A stretch of 63,806 bases of DNA, filler included, from Reclinomonas americana ATCC 50394 (Eukaryota): assembly GCA_048213135.1 (NCBI GenBank). It is 7 parts of 5 records of this genome, joined end to end, with 100 filler letters (N's around TTAATTAATTAA, not from the genome) between each part and the next. Parts side by side here need not be neighbours in the genome. Positions count along the whole stretch, not along the records: positions 32,743 to 40,080 come from PS015693.1; positions 40,181 to 53,683 come from PS015694.1; 5 more parts are not named here. The stretch is one strand, 5' to 3'. The notes under the pieces were generated by a model, which saw only the letters and a list, made by a program, of their open reading frames with translations, was not told the DNA's origin and made no database searches. Below, in pieces: positions 38,701 to 48,867 of the stretch. The translations under genes and the position numbers were made by a program. Position 1 is the stretch's first letter, and each line of letters begins with the position of its first letter.

Positions 38701-38737
38701 AGCAACCTGACGATGCACTGCACAGCCTGTTTGCTGT
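32743..38737 (+). repeat. Segmental duplication unit 1 (upstream region + NLR-like gene + 3' flank); unit 2 is ~42085-48169 and a partial third upstream copy is ~32020-32560
   Basis: Non-coding flanks align by eye, e.g. GAGATGATGAGCACTC at ~32203, ~33027 and ~42375, and ACGATGCACTGCACAGCCTGTTTGCTGT at ~38710 and ~48142. Confidence 0.85.
33754..38521 (+). pseudogene. NLR-like STAND gene copy 1 (UBL-HEPN-NACHT-pentapeptide-WD40) with two frameshifts (real or sequencing error)
   Basis: Exons 33754-33759, 33850-34142, 34318-38521. A +1 nt lies inside Walker A (GGAGTCGGTCAAGACC, ~35143, versus GGTGCTGGCAAGACC in copy 2) and a -1 nt in the first WD40 (GTACGGTGTGG, ~36661). RNKLRH at 34739-34756, Walker B LLLLLDGYDE, 14 full WD40 plus 1 degenerate. 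Confidence 0.8.
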
Positions 38738-39542
38738 TGCCTCTGCCTGCATCTGTCGCCGATCAAGGTGACCATTGATCCAGCTCCCCCTCGACACCGC
38801 GGAGGTCATTGTTCCCAAGCGTGCTGTCTACATCACTTCGCAGTCATTCAACTGCGATGCAACATCCGCATATCATGTAAGCATTTGATGGGAATACGTT
38901 CTTCGAGTTCCAGAAGCACAGACGCGTCGTAATTTATTGGTAGGAGATGATACAAGAGTTGCCACTGGATCCTGACGAGTGCACGCGTGTGATCACTGCG
39001 CAGTGGCCGATAGGAATTGTGCGTTATGATTTCGTGACGCAGATGTCGTTTGCCTTGCTGTGCTAGCAACACGTGCGAAACCGCGCCTTTGTTGTTTGCG
39101 TGAGATGAAACTGTGAGAAGTGTATTGTGAGCCTCTGTCGTTGACGCATAATCTCGAATGCAAGGAATAGAATTCGAAGCGGCAGCGAATGTCTGCGTGG
39201 TTCAGCACCTGCGCAATACGGACCTGCTATTTGTTTACTCATCCACTTCATATGACCTCCAGAATGAGAGAGACAAAGGAGACTCAGAACGCAGGAACAC
39301 AACGAGTGACAGACACAGAATCACACTCAGATAACATTCACAGACAAGCCACTGTCACGATGACGCGTGTTCATGCGAGCTGCGACAGTTCCGAGACGTC
39401 GGTGCTCAACTGAATGGTGGGCATGTGACGGCACATGCAGGCGGCCGCTTCATGTTTTGGTCAAGTACACCAGTCGCTTGGTCGCATGCCCGAGCACGCC
39501 GCAAGCGTGGTCACGCTCATGCTGCATCCGGCGTTGCATGAC

Positions 39543-39666
<124 letters not shown>

Positions 39667-39800
39667 CAGGATGTTGGACACAGAAACAACTAATGGAAGC
39701 GACAACGAAGAGAGAGGATGTGGGAAAGAGAAAGAACGAAGGGAAGCGACAACGAACAGAAGAAGAACGAAGGGAGGGAGAGAAGAACATCAATGCTCCG

Positions 39801-40080
39801 TCAGATCCGTAACTGGTCATCCTCGCCACGCAATTGATCGTACGCCGTCGCCAGCTCATGACACACGTAGCCGCGACTGGCCTTGAGACGGAGCACCTTG
39901 AGGTAGTTCTCGCGCTTCTGAATCAACTCACGCAGCTGCGCCTCCGATTTCTTCCTGTACTCTGCGGGCGACTCGAGCACCAGCACGTCCTCGTTCACAT
40001 CGTCGAAAAACTCGGCCTTGTTCAGGTCTACCACGAAAATAATCAGCACGTCGCCACTGTACCGAACCCGGCACCGCAAA
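39801..40080 (-). CDS. Probable terminal exon of an unidentified gene, cut by a spacer
   Basis: GC3-rich frame RCRVRYSGDVLIIFVVDLNKAEFFDDVNEDVLVLESPAEYRKKSEAQLRELIQKRENYLKVLRLK...DQLRI-stop. Confidence 0.45.
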
Positions 40081-43000
40081 NNNNNNNNNNNNNNNNNNNN
40101 NNNNNNNNNNNNNNNNNNNNNNNNTTAATTAATTAANNNNNNNNNNNNNNNNNNNNNNNNNNNNNNNNNNNNNNNNNNNNCCAAGCACGCCATTCAACAG
40201 AGAACGCACACCATGAAATGTGATCAAGAAAAGTGGATAGAGAGATATTGTGGTGGTGGAAAAGAGAGTGAAGGAGAAGGAACATTGGGTGTGGATGGAT
40301 GGATGGATACAAGAGAGAAACACAGAGATGACGAAGAGAGGCGAACAGAGAGCAGCAGAAACGAGAGAAAGCGAAAGCATGAGAGCACGAGGGTGATGGT
40401 GATGAGAAGAAGAGAGACAACCACACACGGATGGAGGATGCAGAGATATGCATGACAGGCCACGAAAAAATGAGCAAGAATACGCGCATACAGACGACGC
40501 TCACACTCCCAAGAACACGGAGTTGAGAGTCGATGACGAGAACCAGGGAAAGGAGGCAATAAGGGAAAGACGGGAAGGAGAATGCAATGGATGGAAATGG
40601 AGGGGGATACAAGAGGCTGCTTCCTCACGCTAGGAGGGAAAGAAAGAGAGAAGATTCTGGAGGAGACAGAAGGGATGAGAGGGGAAGGAAAGGAGAAATG
40701 AACGACGGGATGCCAACACGATATGCACGGTGACGGAGACGATGAAGGCGATATACAGAAAAAGACGAATCAACGGCAAGCACACATGCATACACGCGAC
40801 AGCAAGCACTCGAAAATGACGGAGGAAAGAAGAATGAAGATGAGGGAGGGAGAGAGGGAGGAGAGGGGAGAGGGTGGAGAAGGAGAAGCACGTGTGCGTG
40901 TTCAGGCAGCATCACAAATGAGGTGAAAAGAGACGGAGAGACGGGGAAACCCTTCAAGAACAAGCCTGACAGAGAGCTGCTCAGCGCGACAAGCATGTGT
41001 GGCACGATGATGATGNNNNNNNNNNNNNNNNNNNNNNNNNNNNNNNNNNNNNNNNNNNNNNNNNNNNNNNNNNNNNNNNNNNNNNNNNNNNNNNNNNNNN
41101 NNNNNNNNNNNNNNNNNNNNNNNNNNNNNNNNNNNNNNNNNNNNNNNNNNNNNNNNNNNNNNNNNNNNNNNNNNNNNNNNNNNNNNNNNNNNNNNNNNNN
41201 NNNNNNNNNNNNNNNNNNNNNNNNNNNNNNNNNNNNNNNNNNNNNNNNNNNNNNNNNNNNNNNNNNNNNNNNNNNNNNNNNNNNNNNNNNNNNNNNNNNN
41301 NNNNNNNNNNNNNNNNNNNNNNNNNNNNNNNNNNNNNNNNNNNNNNNNNNNNNNNNNNNNNNNNNNNNNNNNNNNNNNNNNNNNNNNNNNNNNNNNNNNN
41401 NNNNNNNNNNNNNNNNNNNNNNNNNNNNNNNNNNNNNNNNNNNNNNNNNNNNNNNNNNNNNNNNNNNNNNNNNNNNNNNNNNNNNNNNNNNNNNNNNNNN
41501 NNNNNNNNNNNNNNNNNNNNNNNNNNNNNNNNNNNNNNNNNNNNNNNNNNNNNNNNNNNNNNNNNNNNNNNNNNNNNNNNNNNNNNNNNNNNNNNNNNNN
41601 NNNNNNNNNNNNNNNNNNNNNNNNNNNNNNNNNNNNNNNNNNNNNNNNNNNNNNNNNNNNNNNNNNNNNNNNNNNNNNNNNNNNNNNNNNNNNNNNNNNN
41701 NNNNNNNNNNNNNNNNNNNNNNNNNNNNNNNNNNNNNNNNNNNNNNNNNNNNNNNNNNNNNNNNNNNNNNNNNNNNNNNNNNNNNNNNNNNNNNNNNNNN
41801 NNNNNNNNNNNNNNNNNNNNNNNNNNNNNNNNNNNNNNNNNNNNNNNNNNNNNNNNNNNNNNNNNNNNNNNNNNNNNNNNNNNNNNNNNNNNNNNNNNNN
41901 NNNNNNNNNNNNNNNNNNNNNNNNNNNNNNNNNNNNNAGCGCGACAAGCATGTGCGGCAATGGTGATCAGAGACGGAGATGCAAGATACAAAGGGAGGGA
42001 AGGGAGAAGGGACGAGTACGAGAGAGAGAAGGAGAGAGAGAGGAGAGTGGAGAGGGACGATGAACAAATGATGTGTGTGGGTGAGGGAAGAGAGAGTCCG
42101 ATCAGGACGGAGAGGTACACACATGGGGAATGAAGACAAGGAACACACGTGAAAACAATGCAAGACAACAGGCAAAGAGTGAGAAAGAGGCACACGCATG
42201 CAGAAAGAGCAGGACGAGAGGAGAATGAGAGTGAATGAGAATGGATGCGAGGAGGATGAGCAGCAAGCACACACGAACCACGGGAAGTGGGGGGAGGAAG
42301 AAGAGTAGAGCGATTTGAGTGATTCACACCACGGATGCGATTCGCAAAAGGTACACAGACAAACAAGCACACGCGAGATGATGAGCACTCTAAGAAGGAA
42401 GAGGGAGAGAGAGAGAAGAGAAGAGAGAGTGAATGTGAAACGGAAGAGGGTGTTGATCAATCACGTCACACATGCGGTGCACTCACACGAATCAATGACA
42501 CGCATACATGCACGTTGAGGAGGGAGAAAAGAGAGAGGAGAGAGCAGAGAGCGCGAGAATGTGACGTAGATGGGCGCGAAAATCGATCACAACGAGAATG
42601 CAGCGCGCGTACACACAGGCAGCTGCAGATTAACGAGAAGCACACACAGATGCACACGCGCAACAATGTTCAATCAGAGGAAAAAGAAGAGAGGCAAGAG
42701 AGAGAGAGAGGAGCGAGAGAAGGAATCATTTCTGCGATCAATGCACACACTGCAGGGAGAATTCTCTCTCTCTCGCTCACTCGCTCTCTCTCTCTCCCTC
42801 TCTCACACGCTCTCTCTCTCTCTCCCGCACACACACACACACACCTTTCATGCAACAACGAATCGAACATGAGTCCTTATCGCCTCCCGCGTCCCTCTCT
42901 CCCTCGCTCGCGCATTCTCTCACGCCCAGCACTCTCTTCCTCACTCATTCATGACACGTGTCACAGCAGGCGACCATCAAACACGCGCGTGCTGAAGAAA

Positions 43001-43155
43001 GAAAAGAAAGATACGTCGGATGTCCTGCATGACGATGATCTCCGCACACAACAAGACCGCCACGAGAACAAGCCGACTGTCTGTGTGAGACGTGTGTGCA
43101 ACAAGGTGCATCCTGCAGACGATCGACAAAAGAAACAAAGAACTGCGACGAGAAG

Positions 43156-46100
43156 ATGTCGGTGAGTTGTATTGATTGAGTGGGGGACGCTTGTTGTCCG
43201 CGTGCTTCTCTTTGTCTTCTCTCTCTCTCATCGCTTGTCACTCACCGCCTTGTGTGTGTGTCGCAGTTCTCTGTGAATGTGAGTGCGGCGCATGACTCGT
43301 CGCTGTCGGTGGTGGTGGAGGGCATGTCGGCCATGTCCACTCTCGCGGACTTGCTGCGCGAGGCCACTCGCTTGCTGTGTGAGAAGAGTGGAGATGACGG
43401 GGTGGAAATTGTGGGAGTGGAGAAGCCTGTGCCATACGAACTGGAAGACGCTCCGGTGATGAAGCTTCGCAGTCTGGGCATCAACTCATCCACTCACCTT
43501 GTTGTCCGTCTGACACTTGGCGTGGCGCCGCAGTCGAAGGGAGGGAGTGGAAGTGAGAGTAGAAGGTGTGCGTCTGGGTGTGCATCACGTCTGTGTGCGA
43601 AACATGCATCTCACTATTGCTCTCATGTCATTGAACAGCAACTCGGGGCGAGTGACTCGGTTTGTTCTGCTTGCCTTCGTCGTCCTCGTCTCTCACTTTC
43701 CTTATTCTTCCACACAGTGTGAGTCTGTGCTGACCGTGCTTGCTTGTACGTGCAGCATGATCAACTCGCAGCGCATCAACATGGCCTTTGAGGTGGTGGA
43801 GGAGGCCGTGCGTCTGCGCTGTCAACGCATACTGGCGCAGTTCAGTCGCGATCATTCCGACTTTGATGTGCGGGCGTGGGTGTCGAGTTTCATGCCTGCT
43901 GGTATGATTGCGGTGGCGATGAAGGCATGGCGTGCGCGACATGTGCCGGTTACTAGATGGCAAGTTAGGTTGTATGAGGAGAAGCAGTCGGTGCTGTTGG
44001 CCTGGCGTGCTGCGTTCGATGCGGACCCCTCATCTGACCCACCGTGTAACGGTTTTGACACGACGGCACTAACCTCTATCTTGTTGTATGGTGGCTTTGT
44101 TGAGGATGACGGTCGCAAGCTGCTGCTGATTGACGATGCTGATGAACGGAAGGCAGTGGAGGAGCTGCACGGTATCAGAAACCAGCTGCGACACGATGAG
44201 TTGCTGTTGACACACGACAGTGTGCAGCAGGACCTTGGTGACGGTGGCATCTTCCTCTCTATTCTCTCTCGACTGCAGTTGAAGGTTGACGAGCGCGCTC
44301 GATTCTCTGCTCGCATTTGTGAGGCACGTCACGCTCGACTCATCATGGACACATTCGAGGAGCGACTGCATCGACTGGCTGTGCGTGAGCTCTTAGTCTA
44401 CCAGCATGACGAGAGTGTGCGCAAGGACATGCAGATGTATGTGCCACTGCTGTGCTCACGCGACCGTGACGTCTCGTCGAGAGACAAGATGACGGCACTG
44501 TTGACGGAGGTGGATGCTTTCCTTTCCGACGCCAACACCACGCAGCGTGTGCTGGTGCTGTTTGGCAACAGTGGTGCTGGCAAGACCACCACCATGTCAG
44601 TGCTGGCTGAGCGAGCATGGCGACAGTGGCAGACGAGAGAAAGTCAACGAGTGCCTGTGCGTGTGCCTCTCGGTGCTATGCGCAATGCCGATGAGCGATT
44701 GTTGGAGGAGGCATTGGAGCGACTCTCACCCGAGTTGGGATTCAGTGAGGCGGATGAGCGACGGTTGAAGGAGGAACCACTGTTGTTGTTGCTGGACGGG
44801 TACGACGAGTTGTACCGTGGTGTGAATCTGTTTGTTAAGAATCAGCTGGATGTGTGTCGCGATGTGAAGGTGATTATCACTTGTCGAGGCGATTACGCAC
44901 TGACGGCATTGGGTGGTGCGACACAGTATCGACGGTACTTTGCGCCGGTGGATGCACGAGGACAGTTGTGCATGCAACAGCTGATGGAGCGACACATTGC
45001 ACCGTTCAACAAGGAGCAGATTGAGGAGTACTTTGAGCGACTCGTGCAAGTGGGTGGTGATGATGATGACGGTGAAGTGCGATGGTCAACAGCCGAGGAG
45101 TACATTCGTGCAATGAAGAGTGTGCATGCGCTGGATGTACTGGTGTCGAATCCGTTGCTGCTGGCGGTGGTGGCTCGTGTGTTACCGCAGTTGGTAGCGA
45201 GTGGCGTGCAGCGACCGACTCGGCGTGATGTGTACGATCGCTTCATTCGACAGTGGATTGAGAGGGAGCAGGAGAGGCAGACTCGTCTCGGTGCGGAACG
45301 TGTGCCGGGTGAGGAGACGTGTCTCTCGTTCTGTGAGGGACTGGCACGGTTGATGAATGAGAGGAATGTGGCGCGTGTATCGGTGGCGGAGACTCGGTCA
45401 GATGATGGGGAGGAGGGCGAAGACTTTGGTGGTGCACCACTCGCCATGCGACGAGTGGACGAAGGACCGTTTGACAAGTTTCTCGGTCACAAGAACCAGC
45501 ATGTGCGAGTGTGCTGTCCGATTGTGCGACGGTTTGGGACGACGCAGTGGGGTTTCGTTCATCTGTCATTGCTTGAACACTGTTTGGCGCGCCATGTGTT
45601 TGCGTGGGAGACGTGGGATGTGGAGAGGAGGTTGACGATGCAGGACGTGCAGCAGCATGTGCTGGCAGTGCGGCTGCTGAACGACAGACCTTCGTTGGTG
45701 GAGCAAATGGCCGAGGTGGTGCGACGGTCTCCTGCACTGCAAGCGAGACTGTGGGAGGTGATTGAGTTGTCACGGGAGGTGGATGAGGAGAGAGTGGTAA
45801 CGGCAGCGGCGAATGCAGCGACGGTGTTGTGTGTGGCACAGGTGTCGTTCAGTGGACGAGATTTGTCTGGTGTGCGAGTGAGGGGTGCGGATTTGAGGGA
45901 TTCGGTGATGCACAGAACGGTGTGGAGGGGAGCGGATTTGCGAGGGGTGAATGTGTGCATGGCGTATGCGAAGGAGGCGGATTTCAGAGGGGCGGATGTG
46001 ACGGGTGTGAAGTGGCCGAGGAGGCCGATGGTGGGACACACGGACAAAGTGCGGTCTGTGGCAGTGTTTCCTGATGGTCAACACGTTGTGAGCGGGAACT

Positions 46101-47959
46101 TGGACTGCACAGTGATAGTGTGGTTGGTGACCAGTGGCGAAGAGGTGTGCCGACTGGAGGGACACACAAGGGAGGCGTGTGCTTTGGCAGTGACACCCGA
46201 TGGCCGGCACATTGTGAGTGGCAGTTTGGACAGGACTGTACGTGTGTGGTCGGTGGCAAGTGTTGAGGAAGTACGCCGACTGGAAAGCCACACGAGTGGG
46301 GTATCTGCAGTGGCAGTGACCCCCGACGGACTGTACATTGTGAGTGGCAGTGAGGACAAGACTATGCGGGTGTGGTCACTGGCAAGCGGCGAGATGGTGC
46401 GCCTACTGACTGGCCACACTGAATGGGTGAGCTCTGTTGCCGTCACTCTCGATGGACAGCACATTGTTAGTGGTGGTGGCACATTTGACAAGACTGTACG
46501 GGTGTGGTCGATGGCAAGTGGTGAGGAGGTGCGCCGACTGGAAGGCCACACGAGTACGGTGAATGCAGTGGCAGTGACACCCGACGGACTGTACATTGTG
46601 AGTGGCAGTGATGACAAGACTGTACGGGTGTGGTCGATGGCAAGTGGCGAGGAGGTGCACCGACTGGAAGGCCACATGTGGCAGGTACGTGCAGTGGCAG
46701 TGACACCCGATGGCCAGCACATTGTGAGTGGCAGTAATGACAAAACTGTACGGGTGTGGTCAGCGGCTAGTGGCGAGGAGGTGCGCCGGCTGGAAGGCCA
46801 CACCAGCTGGGTGCGTGCGGTGGTAGTGACACCCGATGGCAATAACATTATGAGTGGCAGTGAGGACAAGACTGTACGGGTGTGGTCGGTGGCAAGCGGG
46901 GAGGAGGTGCGCCGACTGGAAGGTCACGCGGATGAGGTGTATGCAGTGGCAATGACACCCGATGGCCGTCATATTCTGAGTGGCAGTCGAGATAAGACTG
47001 TACTGGTGTGGTCGGTTGCAAGTGGCGAGGAGGAGCGCCGACTGAAAGGCCACACGAGTGGGGTGAATGCAGTGACAGTGACACCCGATGGACAACACGT
47101 TGTGAGTGGCAGTTGGGACAGGACTGTACGGGTGTGGTCGGTGGCAAGTGGCGAGGAGGTTCGCAAACTGGAAGGCCACACGTATGGGGTGTCTGCAGTT
47201 GCAGTGACACCCGACTGTCAGCACATTGTGAGTGGCAGTGTTGACAAGACTGTACGGGTGTGGTCGGTGGCAAGTGGCGAGGAGGAGCGCCGAGTGGAAG
47301 GCCACACGGAAGGGGTGTATGCAGTCGCTGTGACACCAGATGGCAAGCACATTGTGAGTGGCAGTATGGACAAGACTGTACGGGTGTGGTCGGTGGCAAG
47401 TGGTGATGAGGTGCACCGACTGGAAGGCCACGCGGATAGGGTGTCCGCAGTGGCAGTGACATCTGATGGCCAGCACATTGTGAGTGGCAGTGATGACAAG
47501 ACTGTACGGGTATGGTCGGTGGCAAGTGGCGTAGAAGTGCGCCGACTGGAAGGTCACACGAGTAGGGTACTTGCAGTGGCAGTGACACCAGATGGCCAGT
47601 ACATTGTGAGTGGCAGTGAGGACAAGACTGTACGGGTGTGGTCGTTAGCAAGTGGCGAGGAGGTGCACCGACTGGAAGGCGAAACTGGCTCTGTGTACAC
47701 AGTGACAGTGACACCCGATTGCCATAACATTATGAGTGGCAGTGCGGACAAGACTGTACGGGTGTGGTCGGTGGCAAGTGGCGAGGAGGTGCGCCGAGTT
47801 GAAGGCCACCCAAGTGGGATGTCTGCAGCGACAGCGACACTCGGCGACCAGCGCATCTCCTGCCATGGGGTTGATATTCATCCTGTACATCGTCGTGACG
47901 GATTGCTCGTGCGCATCGTCGGCTCCTTCCTGCCTGATTTCACCGATGCAGTTCTGTGA
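43156..47959 (+). CDS. Intact NLR-like STAND receptor: ubiquitin-like domain, HEPN (DZIP3/Swt1-like) RNase, NACHT, pentapeptide repeats, 14 WD40
   Basis: Exons 43156-43161 (ATG TCG|GTGAGT), 43267-43565 and 43756-47959, phases compatible. FDTTALTSILL...IRNQLRHDE (RxxxxH at 44177-44194). Walker A GNSGAGKT at 44564-44587, Walker B LLLLLDGYDE, KVIITCR, NPLLL, WGFVHLSLLEH, AAANAATVL...FSGRDLSGVRVRGADL. 126-nt WD40 units LEGHTxxVxAVAVTPDGQHIVSGSxDKTVRVW at ~46030-47850. Confidence 0.9.
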
Positions 47960-48867
47960 TGAGCACAACTGTGAGCGTGTATGAATCCTCAAATGTAAAC
48001 CAGCTTGTTTGCGATGAGGTCGCAAGTGATGTAGACACGTGTGTAATCTTCGCCCTCAAGTTTTATTCCGTGTTGATTGAGCATTACGAGGTAATCCACT
48101 CGTTGCCCACTTTCTCTGTTAGAAGAAACCTCAGTGATCTGACGATGCACTGCACAGCCTGTTTGCTGTCTGGGGAGGCGAAGGGAAGAGACGCGAGGAG
48201 ACGGAAATGGGTGAAGGGAAGAGAGGAGAGGAGAAGAAGGGAGAAAGGAGAAGAGAAGGAGGAGAAGGGAGGAGAGGAGAAGAGGAAAATGTGTGGGAGA
48301 GGGGATGAGAGGAAAGATGAGAGGAGATGAAGGAATGCAAGAGAAAGGAAAGGGGAAGAACGGAGAGAAGAGAGGAGGTGAGAGGTGAGATGGTGTAAAT
48401 AGAAACTGGGACCAATGAGAATGTGCGGTTGTTTCCGTGTGCGAGAGCTTGTCCAGTGTGACTGTGTGTGTATATGTGAGTTAGTGAGCGAGGGCGAGAG
48501 AGTGAGACCAGCTCAGCCGGCGCCGGCGGGGATAAAAAGGAAGTGGAGGGAGGAGGAATGGAGAAGCAGCAATGAACAGAATGAGTGAGTTGTAAGATGC
48601 GTTATGTGGCCAGAGAGACACTTAGAGAGTGATGGCATGTATGTTGAGTGAGGTGCACGAGATTACGTTGGAATGGAGCCCCGAATTGCAGAGGATAGTG
48701 GATGGACTTTGTAGACTGGAGACATTTGCATCGATCGAATGAGCATTCCTGGTCGTCGGCAGTGGTTTCTTTGCGTAAAAAGCTCGTTTCCCTTTCTCTT
48801 ACTCTCTGCGAGAAGCGAGCTTGAGTCAGTGTGAATGTATTCCTTTCACTCACACTATGTATTACAG

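Noticed and set aside
43566..43755. Cys/His-rich zinc-finger-like peptide (CASGCASRLCAKH...CSAC) in ORF 43180-43722, and its counterpart at 34143-34317
   Set aside because: It lies within a phase-compatible GT-AG intron joining the UBL exon to the HEPN exon in both paralogues.
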